64,000 nucleotides of DNA from Iphione sp. A-MEVVRFRX5 (GCA_976226885.1 OZ320322.1:39494001-39558000); one strand, 5' to 3'. Positions 1 through 14,407 are shown, counted from the first letter of the stretch. Notes: generated by a model not told the origin, from the sequence alone. Translations and numbers: made by a program.

Positions 1-1177
1 AAATACTTTTTTAAAAATTCCATATAATTTCCATGAAAATGGTTTAGCAAATACCTATACGGCAGAAAACAATATTGTATACTTATTGGGTCGAGTTCAA
101 ACTTATATATAAATTATCATGGAGTTCCACAGGGCTCCACACTGGGGTCCTTGCTTTTCTCTTTCTTTATTAATGACTTGTTGGACTACAAAATGCAAAA
201 TCGGTCCTATTTGCGGACGATGGACTGGTTATAGCCAGTTCATAAAGAAAAGTCTGTAGGGTGAGACACAATTAGTATGTGACACCTATTGAAACTGGTG
301 TGACCTCAAAACGAATCTTATGAACATAGGAAAAAACTAAAATTGTCTGTATCCCTAGCGATGCCTGATTTAAATACGGTATATCAAAGCATGATTATTA
401 ATAGCAGTGATATACATTTTGTTAAAGATTGTAAGTATTTGGAAGTCCTGATGGATCATAAGTTGAAATTCAAGGAGAAGTTGAATACGATTATCAAGGC
501 TATGTCTTGCAAAATATGTTATGAATAAAGTTCAACTGCATACGAATCCAAAGAATCCTCTTATAGTATATAACGGATTCGCTGTATGCATACTTGATCA
601 TTTGACAATTATTAAATCATGAAATACTCACGAAGACCCTAAAAGAGTGCCAAGAATACAAAATCATGTTTTGGTTGTAATTTATGTAAGATAGAAAATA
701 GTATTAAATCATCAAACGATCTCTATATCAAATTCAATTTAATGAGTACTACTGGGAGAAGGTTGTATTTTATGTTGTGTGTAGTTAACATCATGGTGAG
801 AGCAGACTTGCTTGCATGAGTGATATTATTAGCACAAGCGCTGCGGATGTATTGATTATTAAGATGTCAACTCCCAAATCTGATCAAATAAAAACTCGAT
901 TACATATATATGATATCAAAGAGCGAAATGATCTGGATTGTATTTTAAGACAGATGTTAGATTTGAAAGAATTTAGGTTTCATGCAAGGATCATAGTAGG
1001 CAAGAAACACATGTATTAACCTAAATAATTAACAGAAAGGTGCCATTATTCTTTTCTTTTGACGTATATAAATAATGTTGCCTTTGTTCTCAATATATTG
1101 TGAAATGCTTATACCCTCTGTATCACGAAAAACGCCCCAAAGGGGCGATACTCTTTTTGAATCAAATTGAATTGAAA
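1..1177 (+). mobile_element. Degenerate L2/CR1-group LINE, 3' part (RT core to tail)
   Basis: GVPQGSTLGSLLFSFFINDL starts at 121, followed by frameshifted LFADDGL at 207-227 and VKDCKYLEVLMDHKLKF (KYLGxxxDxxL-like) in ORF 343-528. The 3' end has a hairpin CGCCCC-AAA-GGGGCG (1133-1147) and a TTGAA-type tail (1161-1177). Confidence 0.8.
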
Positions 1178-4100
1178 CAGTCACAATCCCTGTTAGTCAG
1201 CCTATGTCATGTTCAGCCTATTCACTTCATGTCGCCGACAGGTTGGCAATGTGATCTGGTTTGTTCAATGTAGCCCTAACCCTGCCAAACAATGGCTTCA
1301 GTTCCTTTGAGTGCTGCTGGCTGCTTTCTACATAATGATTTACTTCTTTCCTGAGAACTGATTGGGAGTCATTCAGCGCATGAGTGTTAGATCCTTTTGT
1401 CTTGGTATTCCTTGTTGTTGAGCATGTTTGGCAATATGAACTCCCTGTCCTTAGACATTACCCGGTAGCGTGATATAGATCGGAATCCCCTGAAAATCTT
1501 CCTAACAAATTAGAGGGTGGGTCGGTTAAATAAGTGTCCTTTATATAAAGGAATATAGTAAAGGAATACGGTACAGCTCTTACTGTGAAAACAGTATGTG
1601 ATAGACTTAGGACATGTTTCCTCATATAATTAAATTTTGAAAGGGGAGGTTCAGGTTATAGTTGTAAAAAGAAAGGGTACACATCAGCAGGTGGTGAAGT
1701 GACCAGGGTAATGCATCTGCACGATATGCAATATCTTACCTATGAGCTTTTAAAGACTCCTCCCTTGCACAATATTCATCACAAGTGCCTGAAACGTCCG
1801 TGGAATGCTTGAACGACAGTACAGCTTCTATTCACACGTAAAACAAAAGCAGAGGGGCGGTTACATATTCTATGCCCATGTATAATTAAATATATTTCCT
1901 CTAGAATCGAAAACAATTATGTCTCCGTTAATTAATGGAAAATCCCTTCAGGTCAGGAGCGTTATTCTTGCACACCTGTAAAGCAATTACTTTCACGTCC
2001 GTCAGGCAGTACGTTACTGAAATATCAGACCTGTGCCGAGGCCAAAAGACAACAGGCGGCATCCCTTTGGAAGTAGGTGCACATGATGGTGTACGCTTTT
2101 CAATTAGGAATATCAGATTTATGGCCGTAAGCACTGATCAAACAATACATCTCTCACTGTTGTTAAATTAATTCTCCTGAGAACGGGACAGGATGTCCGA
2201 TTGTGCATCAGGTGGTAGGCCACAACGTGACCGTAAGTGACCGATGGAGTTCCCGGGTGTAACACAGCAATTATTATAGTAGAGTTCGATGATTGTACGT
2301 AAATCAAGGCAAAAAGATAGGAAAATTATGCATCGCTCTAGTGTCTTGTAATTGCATTTAAACGTCAAATAATAAAACAAAAAACGTCATAATAATATCC
2401 GTTGAAAGCCCTCGAAATAAGATTGAAGTACACGTAAATCCAGCTTGAGTCATGTGCCACGCGGTGGGATGGCTTCTGATACAGTTTCAACGCATGCTAC
2501 AGTGCAGGGCTATAGTTACAGGCAGACATCTGAACACGGTAGTCAGTGATATGTAGCGGGATGGCGGTCGTTAGCTATGAAGGGCACAGTTCAAAGGGAA
2601 TGATGAATAGAACAACTAGTTTGACCAGCGTGATCCCTTATGAAGTTTACACTGCAATGCCTACTCCCGTATGCATTTTATTCCTTTTTTGTGTTTGGAA
2701 AGCATAATTCTCTAGAAGAAGGGCCCTACCAGTGGATTCTTTGTTTGGGGGAAGTGGTGAGACTGTTTCCAGTTACATTGGATTATTTTCTATATTCTAT
2801 TCAGTCACATGCTGAGGGCTGACCATGAAGAACTGCAGGCGCGTCCTTCAAAGCTATAAATGTCATGCATTTTGAAAGTTTATGTCCATTATACTTTTTG
2901 CCCATGTGAAATACTTAAGAAGGGGGCAGTAATCGTATCTTGAAACCTGTGCACTGTCTTCCATGCATACTTCTTGTACATGACCTTTGCAAATGTAAAA
3001 AAGCACAAGCTTCATATGTTTCGATGTAATTATCGTTTTATTATGGTTCTTTACATTCTTCCAGCTAAGTAGGAAAAACATTGCTGCCTTCCACAGAACC
3101 AAGTAGTCAGGGCATGCTTTTGCTAGATGAACAACAGATCAGGTCTGTTAGTCTAACAACCAATATTTCACTCAAATAGGCTCATTAGCTTTACTTCAGA
3201 ATCGAGCTGCCAGTGTAGCCTAAGCCTCAGATGTCTCACGGGAAACGTGTTGACTAGTTGGCTAAACCCAGCGTAAAGACCCTACCATATACAACAATAA
3301 GCCCTTCAAAAGGCATAGGTGGTTGGCGTTTTGAGCCCTCTTTATAACGGGATCAACTAAATGACTTCAAAGTGAGCCTTATTTTAATTCTAAGAGCAGC
3401 TGCCCTATGTGTAATGAGCTGTAGTAGGATTAGAGCTCAACGCTAGATTTACTCGGTAATTTTTTTTCTTAACCAAGCTACAACGATGCAGAACATTGAT
3501 AACGTTCGATCCCATTTTCTTCTTGACCAAATGTTCATTCATATCTGGGTTGAAATGTGACTCAAAGGAATGCAACAACAAAACAGTTACCGGATAGCAA
3601 ATCTTTTAGTGTTGCTTTCGAATATTTGCTGTAGTGACCCTACGGCCCGTTGGTAAGCAATATACCTTATTGAGCGGAGGAAAGAGCCAAACTCAATAAG
3701 AAAAGTCCCCGGAAAGTGTCGGCTTCTGAGGTTTACTCTATCGACAGCAATTACCGCCCGAGATGTTCTTGTCCGTCGAGCAAAAAAGACACATTTTTGT
3801 TCGGCGCTTTGAAGCAGGTTTCTTTTTATAGACTTCAAATGAGAGGCGCAGAGGTTGTGTTACAAGCAAAGGGATGTCGGATTGCAGTGACCTGCGGCAC
3901 CTTGCCGCTGCACAGATGCGAGTCACCACAGCTGCCGTCGCCTTCACTGTCGATGGCATTTTGCGTGCGACATTCTTTGCCTACAACCGGGCAAACGAGT
4001 AGAAAGAAGGAAATAACAACCTGACACAAACCCTAACGACTGCCGGAGCTGAAAATGGATCGTGTACATGTAAATATGTGGGTTAGGTGGAGGCATGCCC

Positions 4101-7100
4101 TTCCCCCTCTGTGTGCGTCCGGCCGTCCGTCTACGTGTGTGAATATGTGCGTGTATGTGGTGCTCTTTCAACTGGTTGTGTCTGTATCTGTATGTATCGA
4201 CCTGAATGAATGTCTTTCCTTCCCTGTTTGTGTGTATGTTTACGGCTGTGTGTAACCAGGAATACCTGCTTTACATATTTAATCGGTATATTCAAACTAC
4301 TCGGACAAACTCAAATGCTTTAGTATAGTAACGTGTCGATCATAAATCAGAAGTAATGCTTCTTCCAACATGGTACGTATCATGGATTTTTAATTGGACC
4401 ATCGTATAGATATTGCCCGCTGAACATTACATATGTATATGTAAATGGCATTAATAAGTAGAAATAGGACTGGAAACAAAAGTACCAAACATGTGGACGA
4501 TAAACTACATGCCTGATAGAGGGTTGCCCGGAAGGTATTATCAATGTACTGGTGGAGTATCAGACACCACCCATCCTCGGCCATTACCAATATCCTGGAG
4601 GGATGACCAAGCAGCTGCCACTGTCTACACACGTGTATACGCACATGTGTAAAGTGCCCAAGAAACCAGCGCAGGGGAACAGACAGATATTCGAATACTT
4701 CAGACGCAAAGACACTGTCAAAATCTCGACACATCGGTTCCACATTCCCAGGCTCACAGACATATATCATCACTGATGGTGTATTGATGTTGATATTCAG
4801 AAAGAAAGTGAGGTCTAGAATAAGATAGGATAACGCTGCGTACATGTCTGACAACGCCGCAACTGCACTGCTGAAGTAAGTGATAACATACCTACTGGTA
4901 TATTTGGGGGGAAATACTGTTTAGAGATACGTAGGGAGCTCCTTATTTACAAATGACAGGTCAGTGGAGCATGTACTGATTTTCTAGAGTTTAAGTTCTG
5001 GTTACCTTTCGCCCTTTTTGCTTCATAAAGGGAGGGAAACAACAAATTCAATAATTATTTCAGATCGGTCTATGGAGGTGCCTGGTTATGTCTGAAATGC
5101 TTTGATGGCCTGGAATCGAAAGGAGGAGTATTTCGGTCTGTTTCTTCATGATCAGTAAATATGATGCAATAATGTTGTCTCACTCCATCCATCTGCTTAT
5201 TTTTCTGCATACATTTGGCTTTATTTCCTTGCCGCATCTCAAGCGCTGCGTGTTTGATCAGACATACCAAATGTTAAAATATACATACTTAAACATTGTT
5301 TTGAAATGGAAACATGACTGAATATCATAGAACCTAATGAATACACACAGTTTTGTCCCTTCTGGAATGTAACTACGCTGGCTGCAATGTTGGCTTATGA
5401 CATCACAATTCATCTGGCCTAGTGGGCATGGGCAGGTTTGAGAGAGGAAGACATATTTCGATAATTAAAGAATTAAAGCCCTATAAATCCTTTATCACGC
5501 TTCTGCTAACTGCAATTATTTCTAATGTAGTATATTTGATTGTTTTGGATGGATAGAAAGCAATTTTTACTTCGTACTTTTTTGTTGACAAATCGAACCG
5601 AGAGGATGGCTACCATTTTGTTTTTTTATGCATCGAACTTTAAATTGGGACAAATGTTGGTTACCTCACCAAAGCAAGGGTTTTTGTACTGGTAAAAGAT
5701 AGTAGTATCACGCCCAAACATATTAGAATACGAGAGCACATTCTCTTAAATATATATGTCGTGTGTGCCAGTGATACAACTGTATGTGTTGTTGGGTGTT
5801 TGTGTTTATTCGGCCTACGGTTTGACTTACAATAGCACAAACAAATGGAATCATATATTAGCTATATTTCATAAAGAAATAATGGTGTTATAAGCAATGA
5901 AGAGAAAACTAGGATATTATGATGTTGATTGTGTAATAATGAAGTCGAGAGACATAAAAACGAATGTGCTAGTAATTGGAGAGTCCACATTAGAGAAAAC
6001 ATGAAATTAACTTGACGATATGATCTAGCTTCACGTTTGCTTCAGGGATGAGAAAGTGTAGGCGAGCACATTGCGTTTATTAAGCGCTTCTATGGCGCAA
6101 TATTAAAAAAACACGGATTAGGAGAGTAACTTGCATACATACAACCCGGACACGAGATATCCCCCCCCCCTGCGTAACCGCCTCACTAGTCCATCAATAA
6201 TCTCATTTCTCATCGATTACCCACACCGTGATGAGACTCCCCATGGGAACAGCCATATTACCATGAGGAGCCCTTTTTCTGCTTCATTTTCTATCAAGAG
6301 ATGTGTCGCGCCCGTTGTTATTGCTCCTTACGTAGAACATTGCAGTTGCAAGGATATTGGAAAACTCTCATAAATATCACTTACATATTGTCGTAAGGGT
6401 GTGTAAAGTCCCAGTTATTAACGCATATATACGGCTATCAACAAGCTGCAACTATGTAGGGCCCTTCCGGTGAAATGCGGATAATCTCGGTGATATCTAT
6501 ATGCAATGCTCATGTTATGTGTTTTTATCACAAGTTGAATTAGGATAATTGTAGAGCTTCTTATTTCAAAAAGATTGGTCATTTAAACCTAGGAGTGTCG
6601 GGTATGCTATTAGTTTCATGTACAGAGGATGCACTGACTGGAGCGCTCTCCTTTTTATAAATAGGTCGGATGTTGATTGCAGGAAGGTATCTACTTGTGT
6701 AAGGCGTCGCCAGTTTTTTTTCAGCTAAAGTGTACATTACATTATCCGTGTAAATTCTAAAAAGCCTTGACGTGAATATTGTTCCTTTTATTGTCATTCT
6801 ATCTTGTGTTGTCTGTGTCTTTATATGTTTATTATCTGTTCTATGGAAGACCGAGTGAGAGACAGAGATGCAGAATACCATCCACAAGCAAACACAGAGA
6901 CAGAATAAGGACAGAAAAGGGGCTAGAGAGATGGACAGCAGGGACGAGGGGAAAGAGATCCCCTTCACAGTAAATGGAGACTGGGACGTTTTGAGAAGTA
7001 ATTAGGGACATTTCAAGTTGGCCTCCTTGGGTTTGTGTGTGGCCTGAAGAAGGTGCGCCTGGGCACCACTCTCACACCCTTTATGTTCAATTAGCGTGAA

Positions 7101-10100
7101 CGCATTGCAGGCCCCTCACAGGTCGGTCCATTCAGTGCCGGTCAGCCCCGTGGGCCAGCCAATCCCCGCCGAATTAGCCCCCTACCTGCCTCCAATACGC
7201 TCCCTCCCACGCCCGTCGCGCGCCGACTCAAATATAATTCCCCGAACACCAAACTTAATTCCTGCGGAGAGGGGTGAAAAACATGCATCTTGTGAGCTAA
7301 TGACTTGAAGTAGGCCTCAGTCGGTGGCGGCTGAGGCTGTCCTGGCATGCTCGAGTCGATCCCAGCGGCTAGTCCCTGGACCTGCATGGACTGACTGGGG
7401 TTAATTCCTAGTAGCGATTGGGCACTCGTACATTTAGATAACAGTACCAGTCTACTAGGAGTGACTGCTCCTGGTGGCTCAGCAGGAGTGGGAACGGCTT
7501 TGTGGTAGAGGTGGTGGGAGGGGGGGGGGAGAAGGTGGGGTAGCCGGAGAAGGATGGGGGAAGTGATAGGGGTGTACCCAAGGGAAGCGGGTGGGGGAGT
7601 GGTGAAGAGGCGGAATTGTGCCAGAGGGCTGGCTTAGTTCCTGCCGTCGCTGTTTCAAGGAATGGAGCCAGCGACAGGAGTGCCGGGCAGCCTCGTGGCG
7701 CTTGTCCTGCTAACATTGCTCGAATACGGCTTCAATGTCGTTAGAAGTGGATTACAACGTGGAGCGGCAGTAAATCCATTCTCCAGACACCTTTCTCACG
7801 CCTTATTTCTTAGGTTCTGTGACGCCTGGAGAAGGTGTCGCAACGTGTGGATGGCGGATGGAGGCGGGCGGTTGCAAACACAGGGCGTGGGCGAGTCGTG
7901 GTGGAGGAATGGGTGATCCAGGGCAGTGGGTTTTTGGCGCTGGGGGCATCTGCCTCGGGAAGGGTGACGTGTCTGATAAGCTTGTCCCAGAGCTGGGCAA
8001 TTGGTGGTGTTGGTGCTTGATGAGGGCCACAGAGGTGCACACACTTCGTCAGATGAGGACACTTACGGTTGATGCGAAAGGGTTGTTGAGCCTGGTAACA
8101 AGGAAACTAGATGCCTTAGGGCAAGCAGCGACTCGCCAACCGCCGACATAAAATACCCAACGTCGTCGTTGTTTCGGGTGCTGTGGGAGCTAGGGACCAA
8201 CTCTTGCATGGTAACCAAATCCAGCTTGTCCGACATTCCGCAATTCCTACGACAAGTTGACGGATAGAGAGGTAGCAAAACACATTAACTACATGGGAAT
8301 TCTAAGGGCATGCTAAGTGGAGATGGACCACTCTGACATAAGTAGAATCAATCTTCCATACAAGGGTACTGGGACACGCCACTAGAAGAGCCGTTGTTAA
8401 TGTCCCATTGCATTATACAACTACCCGCAGAGACAGCACATGGTGCTCGTGGGCTAATCTGGAATCGGAAACTTTGATTCGTGCAGAATATTCAGATCGC
8501 AGTGATGATGATTATTTAAATAGCAAGTAGGACATAATGTCATGATTTCGTTATGAACAGAACGGAATGTGTGACGGTATTATCGATTGTAGCACACTGC
8601 CATTATTGCATTAGTATTCACAAGAGAATTTGTAGTTGGTGGTGAACGATGCCTCGACACCAAATAACCGGGCAATTACAAGGCATTGCTTTGCGTAAAC
8701 GGGACAGACGTGAAGACTGTGTTGAACACGAGTTAGTATCAATAAAGGCCGTATCAGCGGGCTTTAAAATGAAGGTGCTGGTGTCAAATGGATTCTGCTA
8801 TGTACAGTTGTTCCAATGAAAATTCACTCAAGCGATCTTTATGTTGATCTTATCGAAGCCCTAATTCAGGTTTGACTCCCCGTCACGTCTGACAGTGCTG
8901 CAGGGGGACCTCTCAAATTCGCACACAGAAGTGAGTTAGGGGAGAGAGGAGAGGTGGAAGGAATTTTTCCATCCACGTGCCATCATTGGCCCTGCCTTGT
9001 CAGGCCCCAATCGCGAGCAGTAAATGCATTGCCTGCCTGTCGCCTTGGCCGGCGTTATCTCGCCGTCGTCTGCTCGCAGAGAAGGGGCCCACGCCCGCCA
9101 CCAAGATGCTGATGTGATAGAGGAGTGAACGGGCGCCCAGCCTGGCCAAGCTGTCCCTTCTGCTACTCCTAGGCTGCAGTGGCAGCCTGGACGGGGGCCT
9201 GGGAGGGAGGGGGTGGCGGAGGGCGGGAAGCCGATCGTTAGGATGGGGACGAGGGCCGGTTAGCTGAGGGGGGTCACCGTGTATTAGGCAGTAGACATGG
9301 CAAATCTCACTAGACGAGCCTCGAAAGTGTAGGTCCGGACTGACCTAGGTTTAATGATAACCCCGTTCATTTTTAGAGTGGATGAGGCGGCAGACAGGGG
9401 AGGCGACGGGGAGAGAACGAGCCCGTAGATTACCATAGCGTGATTGCGAGAAGGACGCACCTCTACAGTATTGATATTAAGCCTGAAGGTGTCCTGCTAG
9501 ATTTCTAGGTCAACTCCTAGTGGATCATGGAGTGACTCGGAAAACGAAGCCAACAAGGTTGCCCATCAGTCGAGCTGCAGACCGTCCCAACCCGTAATGC
9601 CTGCAGCCCGAACTTCAGGAACAAATGCAATTTGTTTCCAGGAACGCGACATTTGTAACAAGGAGGCAGCTAGGAGAGATATTCAGGGTTGGGTAGTTAT
9701 GAAGAAGTGGCTGAGAGAAGGTGATACTAATGAGGTGGAGAATAAAGTAGGGTTGAGTGCTAAGGGAATAATATAAGAAGACAAATCTGTGAAAGCTGGA
9801 CACTACAGAAATAAACATTATCCTAGTTAGGTATTAGACAATCGGAAAATAATTCCGTTTGGAGGAGATTCAAAGATGTCACAACCACATGAAGAAGGAA
9901 GAACTTGGATAATAGTGCAATATAAAGAAAGGCATTTGTTCAATATGGAGGCCCAACAGTATTAAGATTGGTAGAGGATTGATAGACACGAAGAGATAGA
10001 CGCGAAATAGATGTAATAATGCAAATAGGAAGTATGGCAAAAGCCGAGCAAGAAAGGAAATCCACATTAAACCGAACAGAAAATGGCAAAAATGGAAACA

Positions 10101-10410
10101 AAGGCTAGTCGCGGCCAGAGAGAAAGGAAGGAAGGAAGAAGCTGTGTGAAGAAACGAGAGGAGGCAGTGGGCGGTGAGATAAACCAAGTAGCGAGAGGTA
10201 AAGTAGATGGGCTGGATCGGCGCTGGAGACAAACTGAGTAAGAATCGCTACGAATTCCGATGAGCAGTTCCTAACGAAGTAGCGTCCTGGGGAGAATCGT
10301 ACAAATGGGGTCCGTTATCTGAGCGAGAGGAGAACACCTCTAATTATCGGTGAGGCGACGAGGCCTGAGGCGCAGTCAGGCCTGACTTGGGAACGAGGTG
10401 GAGGGGGAGA

Positions 10411-10468
10411 AGGAGGAGGAGGAGGAGGAGGAGGAGGTGGTGGTGGTGGTCGTCGTCGTCGTCGTCGT
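10411..10468. repeat. Compound trinucleotide microsatellite (AGG)n(TGG)n(TCG)n
   Basis: Read directly from the sequence. Confidence 0.95.
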
Positions 10469-12459
10469 AGGAAAGGGTGGTAGAGAAAGAGTTTGGGGTG
10501 GAGTATGATAATCAGCAGGTCTGGGTGCGTACGTGTAGGGGCTGCAGAGGTACCGGATGATAGTACGTTGTGGGTGTGCGGGGTTGGGGGTCTGTAACTG
10601 GAGGCGGTAGCCTGGCGGTAGGTTGTGTGTAATAGGTAGTGGTGAGGCCAGAGGAGGGGTAGTGCAAGGCGAAGTAGGACAAGATGAAATTGGTGTTGGC
10701 AGTTGCCCGGTGGAACATGCAATTGTAGTAGGTAACTGCATGTTTTCATTGCACTAGATACTAAGCTGAATGATGAGGGTCGTACCAACATTCGAATGGA
10801 CAGAAGAGGAGAAACAGGTGATGCAATTCGTAGTTGTAATGGCTGATGGGCTTTGATAGTGGTTGGTGCAGGGTAAGGCGGTAGTAAATTTTGGTATACA
10901 TGTATGTGGTATTGTGTTGCGTATTGGTGGTCACTAAGAATTATTTAAGAGTCGAGGCAAAAAGAGGGGCTGATTTGGTACGTACTAGTGTACACTAATG
11001 ATTACCAATAATTGCTATAAAAATAGACGACGTTGCTCAAATAATATTTTGGATAAGTTGACTCTGGTGGTTTAGGTCGCATAGTGAACTGCAATGGTGA
11101 ATGTGAGGGTAGAGGAGAACGGTACCATAACGTAAGTGCGAGGAACCTGGAATGTTGGTGCCGCAAGACGGCGGGGGGGCTTTAGATACATGAAATGCAA
11201 CGTGGAAGACAAGGGATAGTTAGCATTAATATAGGGGGTAGGTTTTGGTTAAGAGGATAAGAGCGCAGAATTCTATGGTAGGAAGGAATCGGAGAGGCCC
11301 AGTCCAGAAGACATCGTGAGGAAAGCGAGAACGCCGAGATGTTGAGAAAAGCTGTTTGAGAAAAGTAATCAAGAAGCCAAACATTAAGAGAATGGTCCAG
11401 CTTTGAGCATCTCTCCTCTGAGGCTTCTGATCAGAATAGGGTGCTTAACTAACAACATACAGGGGCATGCTGATTCGCCAAATTGAGATCCAGGGGTCCA
11501 GACATACAACTGACCTGTGCTGAGGCACTTGCGCACTTCAATTACCGGACTCTTGAACGAGCAAATCTTCCTCTATAAGGTTCCGGCCCCTGTACACTGA
11601 AAACAAAAGAGTTCGTTTATGTTAAAGCAATTCACTTTAAAGGTTATCTGCTCTTGCGGTTGACTGCTATATTCTTACACTTTTCTTTTCGGTGATACTC
11701 GATCTTTATAGTCCGGTCCTCTATCATGGTGTTAGTTTTCATTTTGTATGATTGGATTGACCGCCCCATTGCATTTTTTTTTTATATAAATGGACATCTG
11801 TGACTTTCTCCTTGATGCTATTTACATAGCCGTCCTGCTTTTGCTTCTTGTCGTTTGCTTCTTTCTTTGTCCAATATTTTTTTTTTCAAAATGAGTATCC
11901 CCTTCCCGTCTCGAATCTCCATCTACTTTTCTATCACACATTACTACTACTACCATCCCAATATCGTAGATCGCTCTATTCATTTCTTAGTTTTTTTAAC
12001 CCTTCCTCTCATGACCTTTTATGTGTCAGCCTTGTGTTGGAGGATGGATGTGCCGGTGCGTGGGAATCGGGCCCGGTAGGGCTGCCTCTTTTAACATCTA
12101 CATCTTTGATGGCGTGCCCCCCCCCCCAAGGTCGATCGGTTACTGAGCCTAAAGTGACAGAGATCGGTCAACTAGACCGTCTTACTGATGTGTCACACGC
12201 AGTCCCATTTCAGGCCGCGTTTGCCCGACACGACCACATGCTGGTTTTCCTTGTGCATTATTTGTTTTGGCTGTCTTTAAAGAATCAGTGGGGACGTCCG
12301 CACACGCAAACATGGCTCCCGTGCCCTAACTAACCAAAGGAGGGTTTCTTTTCCTAGAAGGTAGACCCTGTAAGGTAAAGAAGCTTAATGGACGGAGGGG
12401 GCATACTTGATGTCAATTATGATATGTGTAAATGACCCTTGGCATATTTGGTGTCATTG

Positions 12460-13090
12460 AAATTGAAATTGAAATTGAAAACGCCTTTATTCAGCTCTCA
12501 TTGTGTAACATGATACACCTCGTGGTCTTCCCAAGAATGGAATTAGAATAAAGTAGAACATGGAATTAGAATAAAGTAGAACATAGAAAACTCATGATAT
12601 ACACTAGCACATACAGATACAAGGTATTCATGAGAATCTGCAATTGTCTCTGACCTCATATCTCCAGACTAGGTAGGTTTAACAGGTTTTTCAGTGCTAT
12701 GGCTGATTTTCTAGTTTTTAGTGTGCCCATGAGCACCAACTTTGCCTGCCTATTGAACTCCATTTGTAGTCTGTCCAGAGTTTTCTTTTTACTAGCCAAC
12801 ACCAGGGGAAGTCTATAGTCAAAGACTGGGAGGACAAAACTTTTGAACACTCTGATCCTTTGAAATATAGACAATGGTCCAACCAGCTTGCTCAACTGGT
12901 AGCCACTTTGCCCAGCCTTTTTACCCATCCTGGTTATTTGATTTTTCCAGGTGAGGCCATCATCAAGGTGATACCAAAGGAAATTACATGTTCTTACTTA
13001 GTCCAGTACAATGCCCCCTTGCGAAAGATGAGATTCTTCGATATAACTAAGTTTGATAGAATTGAAAATCAGGCCGCAATGGAATAAAAT
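12460..13090 (-). mobile_element. 5'-truncated L2/CR1-group LINE fragment
   Basis: The minus strand reads GITL/DDGLTWKNQITRMGKKA (-1 frameshift), then VFKSFVLPVFDY...LDRLQ...LNLPSLE (ORF 12656-12928), which resembles the post-RT region. AATAAA is followed by a (TTTCAA)n tail at 12460-12490. Confidence 0.75.
12537..12582. repeat. 23-bp tandem duplication in a LINE 3' UTR
   Basis: ATGGAATTAGAATAAAGTAGAAC occurs twice, exactly. Confidence 0.9.
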
Positions 13091-14407
13091 ATTTCCCTTG
13101 AATGCATAGGATCCCCATCGAATTACAGTCAAATGCACTTGTAATGCAGCGATTATGCTGCGTAATTCAGTAGGAGAGGAAGATTAATATCACCTAAGGT
13201 TTTATCACGTTAGTCCACGATCGAATAGTATCTCTTTGTGTAGCCTCTCAGATCAGCCCGTCCCTCTTGCGATCGGTCCCTACGCTCCCTTCCACCCACC
13301 CACCCACCCACCCGCCCCAATCCACCCCCATACATGCACTGTGGTCTGTCTGGCTCCTAGCAAGTAACCATCTCCTTGAGCGGTAGCGTGTTGGCTTGTG
13401 TCAGCCCTCGAGATACAGGTCTGCATGCAGTATGTCTGTACATATGTGTATGCTTTTATGTGTAAGTGTGCTGCGGCTGAGCGATAGGAGGAGTAGAGGT
13501 AGGCCAGTACGTACTTAGTCGTACTAGAAGGCATCGGGACTGGTTGCCTCACCCTGGCCTCTGTCCTCGCCCCCGCTACGCACCTAAACCAATATGAAAC
13601 CGGGCCACTGCGGAGCATATCGAACAAAGTCCCCAAGGAAGCCTCCCATCTAAACAGCCGCTGCGAGAAAGAGAACAGACACCTCGGCCTCTTCTTTGAT
13701 GCGGCACCCTACAAAGCCATATCATTTGGACAGTCTTTGAGGCGCCCTCTGCTGAGGGCTGCCACAGACTAAAGCCGAGGTAGTGGTGCCTGCTGGAGCT
13801 AGTGTAGAGGGCTGCGGGGGTGAGGTGGGAAGTGGGGGAGGGGCGGGAGGGTTGAGCGAGGCTGTTCAGGGGTACCCAAGGGACACCACTTCTTTTTAAG
13901 GTGTATTTTCCATACATATTTCTCTCCTCATTTTCTCCTACTCCGGTGAGCTGCGCGGCGTAGGGTTCGGGAGAAGGGGGGGGGGGAGGCTGCTTGCTGA
14001 CACGTGTCCCAAGAGTCAGAGCCATCCTACCGTCATTTACGCTCATTCTGATACAAAAGGGAAAGCAACTCACACGAAAAGTTTATGGACGGATAAATAT
14101 CCATTGTCCTCCTTGGATATGGATTCCTACTGTCTTTCATCTAGTTGTTAGTGGGTAATGGTGTATGTTTCTTCCTGATACTACATTGGACAAATGACTC
14201 GTACCGGATTAGCTGGTATTTAACATGGCCATCTCTGGCCCAGGTAATAACTTTTCAATACAACGAGAGACATTTTGTAGCCTGTTTACAGGAAGGACCG
14301 CACTAAGTGTAGACTATTTTTTCCATTTGCTTGGTAACTGAAAAACGGATTGATGAAATCCAGTTATTAATTAACTCAGTGGTCGGCTGTCCGCATGCAC
14401 TGTACAC

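Noticed and set aside
3500-3515. B-box-like GTTCGATCCC (also 46441-46452, minus strand) as tRNA/SINE
   Set aside because: There is no properly spaced A box or cloverleaf.
4390-4854. 154-aa minus-strand ORF
   Set aside because: It has no motif, no convincing splice context and no codon bias I could see.
7510-7600. G-quadruplex-forming G runs (also 9190-9250, 23820-23910)
   Set aside because: They are common in purine-rich low-complexity islands, and nothing marks them as functional.
10315-10791. Pro/Thr/Ser-rich ORFs (also 23031-23877, 24777-25730, 58310-58929)
   Set aside because: They are produced by trinucleotide and dinucleotide repeats and GC-rich stop-poor DNA, with no recognisable domain.
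12925-12956. Plus-strand recursive splice site (tttttcCAG|GTGAGG)
   Set aside because: It lies in the antisense strand of a LINE coding remnant, and there is no evidence of a plus-strand transcript there.
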